64,000 nucleotides of DNA from Takakia lepidozioides (lineage: Eukaryota > Plantae > Bryophyta): the NCBI GenBank assembly GCA_030704615.1, contig CM060731.1, positions 1,736,001 to 1,800,000 on the forward strand, read 5' to 3'. Below, piece by piece: positions 11,561-22,929 of this stretch. The stretch's first letter is position 1. Every line of letters begins with the position of its first letter. The notes beneath the pieces were generated by a model. The model was given only the letters and a program-made list of their open reading frames with translations. It did not search any database and had not been told where the DNA came from. The position numbers were made by a program, and so were the translations under genes.

Positions 11561-14480
11561 TACTCAGTAACCGCCTTCCAAGTCTTTTGTTTTATTGTCT
11601 AATTCCTACCACCTAGGCCCCCGAGCCGCCTATAGCCGGGATATGTTTTAATCCCCCGTAGCTCCACTTCTCCCTCAAATTGGTCAACGTTCGCAACATT
11701 AGAAACTGCTTTCAGCCTCCACCCGCTGTCTCCCAGGAGCGCATTTGTGTTCAACCAGAGTGGTCGACTTGCCGGAATGCTTTAGTAGAGTTGTCAGACT
11801 TCTCATTGCAGGGGGTTCTCATTAGGGTTTTTATTATTGAAAATGTGAGGGGCTTAACGGTTTCGCCAGAAAGTGCCCGCATTCAAGTATTTTGGGTTTC
11901 CGTGTTTTGCAGGATTCCCAGTGTAGGGATGTCATTCCTAAGTGTCCAGTTTGTTTCTGAGGGTTCGCCTCTCTGCAAATTTCATGGCGCACCATGCAGT
12001 TTGCGGCATTGGTTAACTTGTTGATTGGGGCGGGCTTGCAAGCTTTTTCCTCCCAAACCTAAGCGTACTCGCCGTCGACCTCCACTACCCAGTGCTCCAC
12101 CTAGACGTAGCAGAAGGCTGGAAACGATGGCCGTAGAGGCACGCTAGTACCTCGACGAAGAGGACGACGAGGATTTGCTTTGTGTCCTTGCGGGCGAGCA
12201 CACTTGCGATTCCACCGAAGATCTCCTTCGCCATCCAGCTCCTGCACCATCACTTCCCCAAAAACGCCCGTCGTCTGCCAAATCTCCATCTGTAAGCACA
12301 TGCTGACTATGACCCTACACACAGTCAGTTTTTGTGCATTCACTTGATAAACAATACTATGAAGAATCATGCAAATGTACAGTATGAGTATGAGACATTC
12401 TTAGCAGCTCATCAACCAATGTACTTCCGACACAGATTGCCTTGAAAGGTCGAAGCCACAGAAAATCTGCCAGTGGACGTGGCACAAGTTTGGAGCCAAT
12501 CACATTTGGAAGGTTTTCTGCAGAAGACTTTGAAGACTTTTGGGTAATATATAACTGCAAAATCATGTTTCATAAAGTGCCAGTTCAATGGCATTAACTT
12601 CCTCTTTTCCACTTTCGGATTTGCAAATTGCAAGTCTGCAAATCCAGCCCATTGGCAAAGGCTTCATCGTGTAGTCACTTTGGGTTTTACTTCGTGCTTT
12701 TACTTAGAGGTTCATACATAGTGACCTCCCAGTGTACAAGTAAAATGCAATAGACAGGAATGCAATAGACAGGAAGTGACACAAGCATGCCACTGCCAAG
12801 TGACGTCTGCCCCATAGGTAGGCTTGGGAATTCGGCCTGTGATTTTGGCTCAGCCAAAACAATTTCTTTCTGGGGATACAGAGGTGTGGGGTAGAGGGAC
12901 CAACTGAGGGGATGAGGAGCTCCTGATAGTAGGAACACTACAATTGCTCAAGTAAAATGGCAGGTGCAAGGCTCTTCTTTCAAGTTAGAATGACATCTTT
13001 TTTATGCTTAGAATGACTTTAATCTATGAATGGGTTTTAATGCTGTGCAGTCCAGGAAGAAGCGAGCTTCCATCGAAGGCACTGCAGCTGCAGTGGGTAG
13101 TCCATCGGGCCGGGGGTTGTTGAAACAAGTCAACCCTGCTACAAACAAGTCTCCAGGCGCCAAACGGCCACCTCCACGACCTATTCCATAGTACCCTCCG
13201 TACACACATTACCCACATGCCTACCCCACCCCCGATCAGTATGGCGTTGCAGCCCCTTACAACCCGCACATCCAGTACATGCCCCCTCCAAGTGGTTACA
13301 CAGAGCAGCCATATGCCCATTCTCCTCCACCTGTTCCACCTTACCTCCCATACCCTCATGCTTACCCACCATCTACACGACCACCATATCAACCCTTTGG
13401 GCCATACGTTGGGCCGTACCGTCCCGCCCCCCGTTCCCCATGGAAACCCCTAGCAGTCCCACCACCACAGGAGGCAGAGGAAGACATCCCTATGACGAAG
13501 AAGGAGTGAGCTAATGCTTTGAGGCGGGCGAACAGGAGAGCCAAGGCGGAGGCACTTCGAAACCAAGACGCGAGAGAGGAGGATGGACTCCCCCCTCAAG
13601 TGGTTCCGGTTGACAAAGTTGGAGAGCCCATTGGACCAGCACGCAATACCTGGCATGCAGCCCTCAAAGGCCAGATGTGGCGTTTGTGTGACATGTCAAT
13701 GCATATTGCCCAGCAAGATGAAGCTGTCATTGAAGAAATATACATGATTCTAAACTCAACATTTGCGTTCACGCCACGTGCTCTTGACTATGAGCACATG
13801 AGGAAGACACTTGGCGTGGCCTTGAAGACTCAAAGACATGAGATCCATGCAATGTACAATGCAGGCGAGGGGAGGCATGCGCATCTGAAGGAAGCACATT
13901 GGGACAGGCTGGTTTCGTATTGGCAGACACCCGGATTCAGCTCAAAAAGTGCCATCATGAAGGTTGCAAATTCATCAAGGGAGAAGCCCTCAAAAACAGG
14001 ACGTGGTGGCAAGGGAGGCGTTGAGGCGCGCCTTGTAAGTTCAAACATAACTCAATTCTGCCTCTCAAACTTCGTTGTTTGTTGTGACCCCTTGTCTGCA
14101 ATGGGGTGTTCATCTGCTGTTGTGTTCAATTATTTTACGATGACTACGTATAACTTATAGAAGCTGTAAGTATGCATAAGGTGCTACACGCTGTTTCATA
14201 AGCTCATATGAAACAGAATGTAAGCAGTTTGTTGATGCATAAGGTCAATATGCTTACTATGCTTTTAATGTTTAGTTGTAACTGTTGTAATATCCTGCTG
14301 TTCATAGGTTTAATTCGTATTGTTAGTAATTATGTTTCATGTTGCCCAGCAGGATATGCCCATACAGATCCAGTATGTTTAGAACATACTGCTGCAGCTC
14401 GGGAAAGCACTCATAGGCAGGATTATGAGTCATCCGTAGAGGGGTTTTTCTCTATGTGTAAAATGTCTCTTGTCATTCAC

Positions 14481-14704
14481 TGAGGCCTAGTTTTTGGGCA
14501 AATCACACGCAGCAGATTGATGCTTGTGTGAAGGGATTTCTAGAGGATATCTGGAAAACCCGGATTAATTCTTTATATGGAGGTAAGTCTTACTACCAAC
14601 GTCAGCCCCTGACAGAGGTAGGTTCTGTCCCTTTTGTTCCCGCTCAAACTGGGCGCGGGGTCAATGGCCACAAGGCTACGGCAAACAACGTCTTATGAGT
14701 ACAA
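14481..14704 (+). mobile_element. 5'-truncated LINE copy with perfect 15-bp TSD
   Basis: Near-identical to 62270-62493. TSD tctcttgtcattcac at 14466-14480 and 14705-14719. Confidence 0.95.
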
Positions 14705-16303
14705 TCTCTTGTCATTCACAGTACAACTTGGTTGCTGAGTCTGTTTGTGGCTTTCAACAATGACTTCATATGTGAGGGAAGTAGCCTACAATCATGTGTG
14801 GGGGAGATTTCTAGTTGGGTTTCACATCATTCGTGGGCTTTCATTTGGACTGTTTGTCTGCAACCAGCTACCATAGGTTGTTGTTCGGTTGTTCATGATG
14901 GAATTATGAGCCTAGTAGTGTGTAGTGGGCGGGCTTGTCATTTAGCATACCGCCATGTAAATTGGGTAGACTCCGCGATGATCACTCTTGTGGGGAGATG
15001 ATGTTGTGCAGGCAGTATGGCAAAATCCAAGTATGAGCGTGAGTGTGAGTGTTGACATGTCATTTGGTGGTCATTAACTTAGTGCCAGGGTTTGGTGGTG
15101 ATTACTCTTGTGCATTAGCTGCATTGGTCAGTCTCTCTGTATTACTGCAGCGATAGCGACTTCGTTATATTTATCATGAACTTAATATTGTAATCAGTTT
15201 TTCTGTGGAAATGGCATGTGAGTTTTTCTTGATTAGGTAGTGTGGATTTCATCACATGTAGGCACAATGCTGCTCCAGAACCCATGCTATGGGCAGAATG
15301 GGTGTCAGTGATGTAAAATTGCTACAACAGGTTTTTTTTACTTATGTCACACTTAGCATACTGAGCATAATAAATATCTATTGTAGTAGCTTATATGGAT
15401 GTATGAGACAGGTCTGCAAGAGCTGCTATGGTTGTATATTATAACTGCTACAGTATAGTGGTTGCATATAGTTCACCTGTCTCACAAACCTTTGTACAAT
15501 CACTATTGTCCCAGAATTCTATGTCCCTTGTCATGGATCAGCCTGCTAGCATACTGAGTTGGTACATGATTAATGCAGGCCGCGGAATGAGGCCGAAGTC
15601 CATCGTTGCATGAAATCCAGGAAGGTTCAGTAAGCAGAACCCTGACCAGCGAGCGGATGGTGAGATCCACGCTCTCATGCCTTCTCCCTTTTTTTCTTCA
15701 TTCTTTGTTTATTGGCCTTTTCCCTACATGTGGCATCATGTTTTCATGCTGTTCACGGGGTTACCTGGACATGGCAGGAGGGAACCTCTGCGTATTCAGC
15801 GATTGCTCGCAAAGTGGAGGATATGGAAAGAGCACAGGGTGTTCAACATGAAGATATAATGGATTTGAAGGCCACAATATCGCATGTGATGATGTACGAG
15901 AAGGCCATTGCCGACAAATTTGGGATAAGCATATCTTCACCTGCCTTTGTGGGGTGTTTGCTGCAAACAGTTCCTGCATCGCTGGCCCTTCAGCGTCAAG
16001 ATGCCTGGAGGACAGGTTTGACACATCTGCCATGTCACCAGTAACGTCACTTCAGTTACTCCATGCGAGGATGATATGCAGGTGGAGCATGTTGCCCGTC
16101 GAGGAACTTGCGCCCCCTCCTGCAGGTCTGTCACACTGTGCGTTACTGAAGGCCCCTGCAGTACTCCAGACAGCTGCAGACGTGGTGGGTGCTTCCGAGA
16201 CAACCCTGGACATTGACCTTATTCCCAAGCAGGCCGATATTACCCAAGCACCCATGGTTGCGACGACCTTTATTTGATGCAGCAGCAGGTCGTGAACACT
16301 GTA

Positions 16304-16933
16304 GTGGAGCACAACAAGTATTTGCTCATTCTAGATATTAATGGCTTGTTGTGTGAGTGCGTCCATGTCGGTCATAGTAATGCGTATGTGGTTCCAAATG
16401 GCCTTGTGCACAAATTATGTGGTAGCAAGATGGTCGTCGTAAGGCCTGGTTGCAAAGCATTTTTGGACAAGTGTTTTGAATACTTTGAAGTGGCAGCTTG
16501 GTCTTGTATGCAACCACGTAACTTCATACCCACAGTGGACTGGATTTTCCATGGGCACAGTGACCTTGCATTCAAGTGGGATGGGGGATATTGTGAGCAG
16601 TCCACAGAGATGGATGGGAGCCTGCCCATGAAACCACGATTTTTCAAGAACTTCTCTGCTGTTTGGCGGGACAACTGTGACTGGAATCCCCAAAATACTC
16701 TTCTTGTTGACGACACGCCGCAGAAGGGTTCGAAGAATCCTGAACAGAGTGCAATTTACCCAATGCCTTGGAGAAGTCATTCTGCAGATGCAAGCCATGA
16801 TACTTTTCTCATGCAAACCTTATGGCCCTTCTTGGAGGGGGCAGCTAAGGCTCCGAGCATTCCAAAATATCTGCAAGGGCAACCGGCATTTGGGCAACAA
16901 GCTATCAGCCCTCGTCCCATTCAGCCTCGGCAG
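16304..16933 (+). CDS. FCP1/NIF-like HAD-superfamily phosphatase domain inside CACTA ORF2
   Basis: LLILDINGLL (motif I), VVRPGCKAFL..FEVAAWS (motif II), FKWD..C, KPRFFKNF, NTLLVDDTPQKGSKNP..AIYP (motif IV), LWPFLE..FGQ. This matches the plant DxNGLL FCP1-homology subfamily. Confidence 0.85.
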
Positions 16934-18039
16934 GTAACATACTTAGTCTTCATTTGAGACATTGGTAGAGATTAGACTGTTTGTTGGTTCACTCCCTTCT
17001 ACATTTGCCACCCCCCTTCGTGCTTTACAATGTGCGATTATTAACTGTTGTGATTTTGGTGCTTGTTGGTTGGTTGTAGGTGCTTGGCCAGGAACAAGTC
17101 GCCCCAGGTGAAAGGGCAGCACACCTTCAGCCTTTCAGGAAGCCGACACAGACACCAATGATCCCTGATTCGCAAAATGGGTAAGTCTATGCATCTACTA
17201 TTCCCCCTTGCCCGACCTGCATAGATCAGTTCTTATTAGCTCATTGCAGACCATATAGACATAATATGTTGGGGGAATCGTGTTCCCAAATTTCTCATGC
17301 AATGTGGGGGTGGATGGCAGTTCATGGTGACAGTGTCCAGATCTACAGCCGGATCTGGCCACATTGTTGGTCACCAAGGGATGGAGGTGAGTGAAAGGTA
17401 CCCTGATGTGCCAGAAGGCTATGTGGCCATCCACATTGATGATGTCCGCATTCCCAATGCCCCTATACCGTATCACAACAAATCCATGAAGCCTCATCAC
17501 ACAGAGTTGGGAGACATTGTAGGTTATATTACTGTGTGGAGTGACAAACTAGTGAAGGCCTTGCAGAAGAAGAGATGAGACAAGTCGTTTATTGCTAGCA
17601 TTGTGGATTCCATGCGGATTTCCACCTCTAGAGTGTGCGGATTTTGCAACTTTGGTAACTTGAAGAAGCGACAGATAGTTTGAATTGACCGTCCAATTTT
17701 GATAGCAATGAATTATCTGCATTTCCTCATGCATGTTGTTGTGCACTACTGCCTCATTTATGTGATATGCTATAATAGGTGGTATGTCCCTTTTGCACAC
17801 ACGGTGGTTGGTTATGTTGCGGCTAGGACATGTGGTTGGCAATGGCGCTGCTGGATGGTGATGTTTATATTGTTCATGCACTTTGTGAATTTTGTCGATC
17901 CCATATTTGTGCCTTTAGTCTTGCTAGATACAGGATTGTGGTCCTATATTCCTTTGGGCATTCCATGGGTTCGCATGTCTTGGTTGAGCAAGAGTTGTGG
18001 GGACAACTCCCTGGTTGGTCAATGCAGTTGTCAAACCTT

Positions 18040-18782
18040 GTGTGGCATGTACACGTGTCCGTCCACATGCCAACCTGAGGGCCCTATGGCCACTTGGTCC
18101 TATGACTTCGTATGCAAATCCCACAGTCATCTGTATGTCTACGTCGCACCATGTGAGGTTTAAAGGTTCGAGCACGTGGCACCACCCGAGACGACCACGT
18201 CATCATGGAATCCCTTGTTCTTTGAATCTACGGTACTGCGCCAATCATATGCATGACTAGTAGGAATCCACCGCAGGTCAGGAGAGTCCAACACATGGGC
18301 ACTCACGGTCCCACCACGTACACGTGCCACGTGGTGTTCCCTCATCCCCCCCCCCCCCGCCTCCCGCCAAAGCGACACGTGTCAAACACACGAGGAAGCA
18401 CGTGTTGGAACCAAGACGGGGCACATGCCGGCGTTTGATTCCGTCCTTGGCAGTCACAGTTCGCAGGCAGGGAGGACCTCGCCGTCTAACATGTGGCATG
18501 TTCTGTAGACTGCACGTGTCTCTCTTACACAACAGCTGACATGGTGGCCACTATCCGTTCAATCATTCAGTAAAGCCAACGTGTATGACTATGAGCACGC
18601 TGCTTAGGCGCCACATCACACAAAGCCCAACGACTGTCACTTATGACTCCGTGGCAGCCACGACTACCATGTCACAACTAACTAGGCTTTTACGTCAGCA
18701 GAGTCAGGAAGTCGTAAATGGCTTTCATAACTGCATTTGCAGTCATAACACAGAGTCCTAAAAGCCAACTTTTCTTATAGTG
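18040..18782 (+). mobile_element. CACTA element 1 right end: subterminal CACGTG/CACATG repeats and terminal inverted repeat
   Basis: Ends ttttcttatagtg at 18782 (reverse complement CACTATAAGAAAA). Many acacgtg/ccacgtgg/acatgtg palindromes upstream. Confidence 0.85.
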
Positions 18783-20696
18783 CTCCCCCACCCGTACATC
18801 TCTCAACTCTACGACATCCTTGCGAGGCCTCTTTTTCTTCTTTGGGGGTTCTAATGATAGGTCTTTTCCCTTCCCAACAATATCCTCACTTTCTTTCTCT
18901 CTACCTGCGTCTCTCTCTAGCCCCCTCATCAATGACAAGTGGGACCTCTAGGGGCCGTGCCCCCATCGTGTAACTCTGCATTGAGCTAAAGGAGGCCGCA
19001 CCCTGCAAAGCAAACACATGCCAGTAAAATCAACCACCTAATTTATTCATCTTTTAAAATTTACAAGTTCAAAAAAGATGAGAAAAACTAAGAACAAATC
19101 TGGATATGATATATTTACCTGGTGGTTAGAGGCAACGGTCGCCGCAATGGGAATGCCCAATTGCGCCAAGAGTGCCGCCTTATCGGTGGGAGAGGCGGCA
19201 TTCCAAGTTGGCAAGAGGTTCCCGGCATCCACCAAACGACGCCTGGTCGAGGTGGAGACACCCCCGGTGCTGCCATGAACATGTGAGGGAGAGGGTGCCG
19301 CACCACCAGGGATAAAGATAACATAGCTGCTGCCGCAACCTCGGCGGCGGCCTCATGTTGCCATGATGAACTATCCCTGGCATCACCACCCTCCTCCACC
19401 TCTGACCGCAACCCATGGAGCAAAGTCCGCTCGACCCTCTCCCTCTCTCATGCCTCAAGCACGGCTACCCGTGAACGTTCCGGGACAACCTTCATATGCA
19501 AATTAGGGCTAGGGCCATCCGGGATATCGAGATAACCCTTCCTAGGGCCCTCTTGAATAATTCGGGGATATGCAGGTGGTGTACGCCCTACCTCTAACTC
19601 ACCGGCATGAGCAGATGGAATTGCAGGGGAGGCACTCACAAGATGCTGCAAGGAGGTGGTAGAGATGGTACCATAGAAATTTGCCTTAATTTTGCCGGAG
19701 GGACTAGCCGAAGGGCCGGGGGGCCTGCCGCCGGGGGGACTCCGGGGGCAGCAATATTAGCCGGGGCAGGACCAGCAGCCGCGGGGAGTGGGGAGGCAGA
19801 GACATGGGGCCTGAGCCGGAGATTAGCAGAGCTGAAAAGCAGGGGTTGATTTGTCTGGTAGGCTAATTGAATGCGAACTTGACTGCCGACTGCTCCATTA
19901 CGGTTGACATGTGAAGGTATGATTTCTCAAGAGGCAAGTTGTCTGTCTTTATGTGGTCCTGCAATGTGGTCCGACAGAAGCCCTAGACATTTGCAAGGCG
20001 AATGCACTCGCCCAAGAGGATGGTGGGAATATGCTTTCCTCAGGAAGGCACCGTTGATTACAATCAGGTTTTAGTAGCTGGCTCATCGTGAGACCACCCA
20101 TTTGTAAAACTTTGAAATTGTAGTACTTGGACCTCCATTGTTATACGTACATCAGTGAATGCCAACCCTGCTGCTCCCATGTAACGCACTCGGCAGCCAC
20201 GAACGAGTAATGCGCGGGGCCAAATCCAGGTTATCATGTCGTTTCTTCTTCCCGAAGGAGGGCGACGAGGGGTCTTGTCCTCATCCCAGGCCATGCCTAC
20301 AATGCAAACAAATGCCCATGACCTCAAAAGAAGCAAAAAAAATAGGGATGGTACCATATAACATATTAACAAACAAACAAAACATAAAAAATAAATAAAA
20401 TTGAACCCTAACTAACAAACAAAGAAAAGTAACTAAAGTAACAAAAAATTAAAATTAAACCCTCATGAACAAACAAACATCCAAGCCCCTAAGCTAATTA
20501 ACACTGAACCAACTAAGCTAAGTCACTAAGTAACAATTTTTATTTTATTTTTCTGAAGGGAAAACACCCAGGAGCTCACAAATCAGGCCCCTTGATAGTG
20601 AGAGGAGAAAATAACCTCTTTCACAGTAACCTCCTCGTGAAGGCTTTCTGATGGAACACCGCAGGGAAGGGGGAGAAGAGCATACCATACCCGTCA

Positions 20697-20763
20697 AGTT
20701 GCAGGATTTGACCCTAGCAAATCTGGCTGGCACTCAATGCACTAACCAACTGAGCTACGGACT
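20697..20763 (-). other. tRNA-like/SINE-head remnant (Pol III A/B boxes)
   Basis: Minus strand gtagctcagttggttag (A box) ... gggtcaaatcc (B-box-like). No intact cloverleaf or anticodon arm. Confidence 0.5.
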
Positions 20764-20984
20764 GCTGGTGTAACAAAACCCACCAACCAAACAATTAAAA
20801 TCAGGCAAAAAAAACAGAATTTGATTTTTTAGATAGCCGTTAGTGGGGCTGTATTGGAGGTAGGCGCGGCACTTACTTAGTGAGTGAGAGAGCGAGCAGC
20901 CGAGCTGCACAGCAGGCAAGTACACGTCAGGGGGCGAGCAACACACCAAAAAAAAAAAAGCCCCCTTGCGCGAGCTGCGTTTTG

Positions 20985-21760
20985 ACAGCCGCAGGGGGGT
21001 TGCGCGGGTACCTGCGCACAAGCAAGCAAGAGGGGGCGAAGAAGCAAGCAAGCGAGGGGGCGAAGAAACACAAAAGAAAAAAAAAAACAGCCCCCGGGGC
21101 CAGAATTACTCACCTGCAGCGAGCAGGTGAGAGCCGCAGGGGGGTTGGGCGCCTTTCTGCAAGCGAGAAAGCAACATGGGGCGAAGAAGCAAGCAAGCGA
21201 GGGGGCGAAGAAACACAAAAGAAAACAAAATAGCCCTGGGGGCAAAATTACTCACTTCAGCGAGCAGGTGAGAGCCGCGGGGGGGTTGGGCGCCTTTCTG
21301 CAAGCAAGCAAGCAACAGGGGGCGGCGAAGAAACACAAAAGAAAAGAAAATAGCCCCCGGGGGCAGAATTACTCACCTGCAGTGAGGAGGTGAGAGCCGC
21401 AGGGGGGGTTGGGCGCCTTTCTGCGCACGAGCAAGCAACAAGGGGTGAAGAAGCAAGCAAGCGAGGGGGGCCAAAGCAGGATTTTTTTTTTTTTAAAACC
21501 CCTTGCAAGCTGCGTTTGCACAGCCGCAGGGGGGTTGGGGGGCTCACTGCACCCGAAGTAGGGCTCGGGCGCGTAGGGAAGCAAGCAGGCGGGGGGGGGG
21601 GGGGGGGGGGACCTTGGGGGCGAATCAACACAAAAGAAAAAAAAAATAGCCCCCGGGGGCGGAATAGCTCACCTGCAGCGAGCAGGTGACAGACGCAGGG
21701 GGGTTGTTTGGCTTTCTGCGCGCAAGCAAGCAACAGGGGGCGAAGGGAAGCAAACAGGCG
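20985..21760. repeat. Tandem array of about 5-6 units of 125-170 bp with internal hairpin tcacctgc-N5-gcaggtga
   Basis: Unit starts agccgcagggggg near 20987, 21132, 21272, 21395 and 21522, with a degenerate start at 21691. Recurrent caagcaagc, ggcgaagaa and agcccccggggg blocks. Confidence 0.9.
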
Positions 21761-22344
21761 GGGGGGGGGGGGGGGGGGGGTGTTACGAATTCACAAAACA
21801 AAAAAAAAGGGGCCCCCTCTAGTGCAGGGGCAGATCTTACCTGGAGCAACGGCGTTGGGGAGGCGCCTTTTGGTGGAGAGGTAGGGCTCGAGCGCGGAGG
21901 AACCCAGCTGCTGTAGCCTCGTGCGATTCCAAGCGAGGGGGAGATCGACTGATCGCTGAAGCGCCTCTCCGCCGCATTGAAGATCATACGCGTTGAAGCT
22001 CCACCAGCGACGCACGCGCATATGCGCACCGGTAGCTCTCTCTCTCCCCTCACAAGATTCCTACAAGGGGAAGAGAGTGCATGAGAGACAGAGGGTGCAG
22101 AGGGAGAGAGTGTCGAGGACACTTAGAGACAGAGAGAAAGGGGAGAGAGAGACAGATAGGGGATGAATGTTGCCCATGTCCGACGGACATGAGCATATAT
22201 TCATCGATTTTAGCACGCGTATCCATCCATTGCAAGATATGAATTTCAAAAAACGATGCAATTTTCAAATTTAAGGTTGGGTTTTATATTGTTTAATTCA
22301 ATCGACGGAAAATCTATCGCTTGTTCCTACTTTGTTTTTTTAAT

Positions 22345-22710
22345 AAAAAAAACGTCGCAGTTCTACTGCGACGGCCAGGGGGACGCTAAGCGCCGCAAAA
22401 GCGTTGCATTTTTACGACGACGCCTTTGGGGTTTTTGGGGGGTGGGGCGTCTTGGGGGGGCAGGGGCCCCTTACACCGCCAAAAGCGTCGCAGTTTTGCT
22501 GCGACTCCCAGAGCGTCGCATACAGGGGTTTTTTTTTTTGTGTGGGGGGGCCAGGTGGGGGGGGCCAGGGGGGCGCATTACACCGCCAAAAGCGTCACAG
22601 GTTTACTGCGACGCACATGGCGTCGCATTTTGGGGGTTTATTTTTTTTTTGTGTGGGGGGGGGGGGGTGGACGTTGCTTAAGCGACACATAGGGGGTCGC
22701 TTAGCAAGCA
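22345..22710. repeat. Cluster of gcgtcgca/tgcgac inverted motifs and G-runs (CACTA subterminal-type repeats)
   Basis: Repeated aaaagcgtcgcag..ctgcgac pairs and duplicated ttacaccgccaaaagcgtc, located between two divergent TE genes. Confidence 0.75.
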
Positions 22711-22929
22711 CGGTGTGTTTTTTGTTTTTTTTCCCTCCTTTTTCTGTCACTCAAACTAGGGATCTACCCGGACTCAGTATGTCTTCATAATTCCACTCAA
22801 CATAAGATCATAAATATTATAGAGGGGTCGCTTTGACTATGATATTTCGTGTTTTTTTAAAATACGTCGCATTGAATATTAACCTGGGGTTGCAGCTCTA
22901 AAATTTAAATTTAAATTTTCTTTTGTATG

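Larger units (their letters stand above)
12127..17578 (+). pseudogene. CACTA element 1: multi-exon TnpA-like ORF2 (Pro/Tyr-rich + Transposase_24-like + HAD phosphatase + Tnp1-like C-terminal domain)
   Basis: 13519-14034 HWDRLVSYW..KSAIMKVANSSR..GRGG (Ptta/En-Spm type). 17297-17578 GHIVG..VPEGYVAIHIDDV..APIPY..ELGDIVGYITVW (Tnp1/En-Spm-like). GT-AG junctions at 12292, 14034, 16934/17079 and 17181/17249. Frameshifted. Confidence 0.75.
18783..22100 (-). pseudogene. Decayed TE-associated gene with N-terminal Myb/SANT(trihelix)-like domain
   Basis: CT-rich leader, intron 21840-20297 (ccag/gtaag ... gtag/g), ATG at 20294. MAWDEDKT-fs-LVALLREEE..HYSFVAAEC..QQGW..QWRSKYYNFK, with C>T-type stops. Downstream basic KKKKRPRK exon is cut by the CACTA-1 right end. 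Confidence 0.5.

Noticed and set aside
13180-13450. Pro/Tyr-rich stretch as a Pol II CTD mimic or extensin
   Set aside because: No YSPTSPS heptads or SPPPP repeats. Treated as a low-complexity linker of ORF2.
20697-20763. Functional tRNA gene
   Set aside because: The acceptor stem and anticodon arm do not pair, so it is kept only as a tRNA-like remnant.
20985-21760. CRISPR-like array (palindromic repeats at regular spacing)
   Set aside because: The intervening sequences are themselves repeated rather than unique spacers. The context is eukaryotic with no cas genes.
20755-22790. Numerous overlapping 70-165 aa ORFs
   Set aside because: They are low-complexity translations of tandem repeats and G/T runs.
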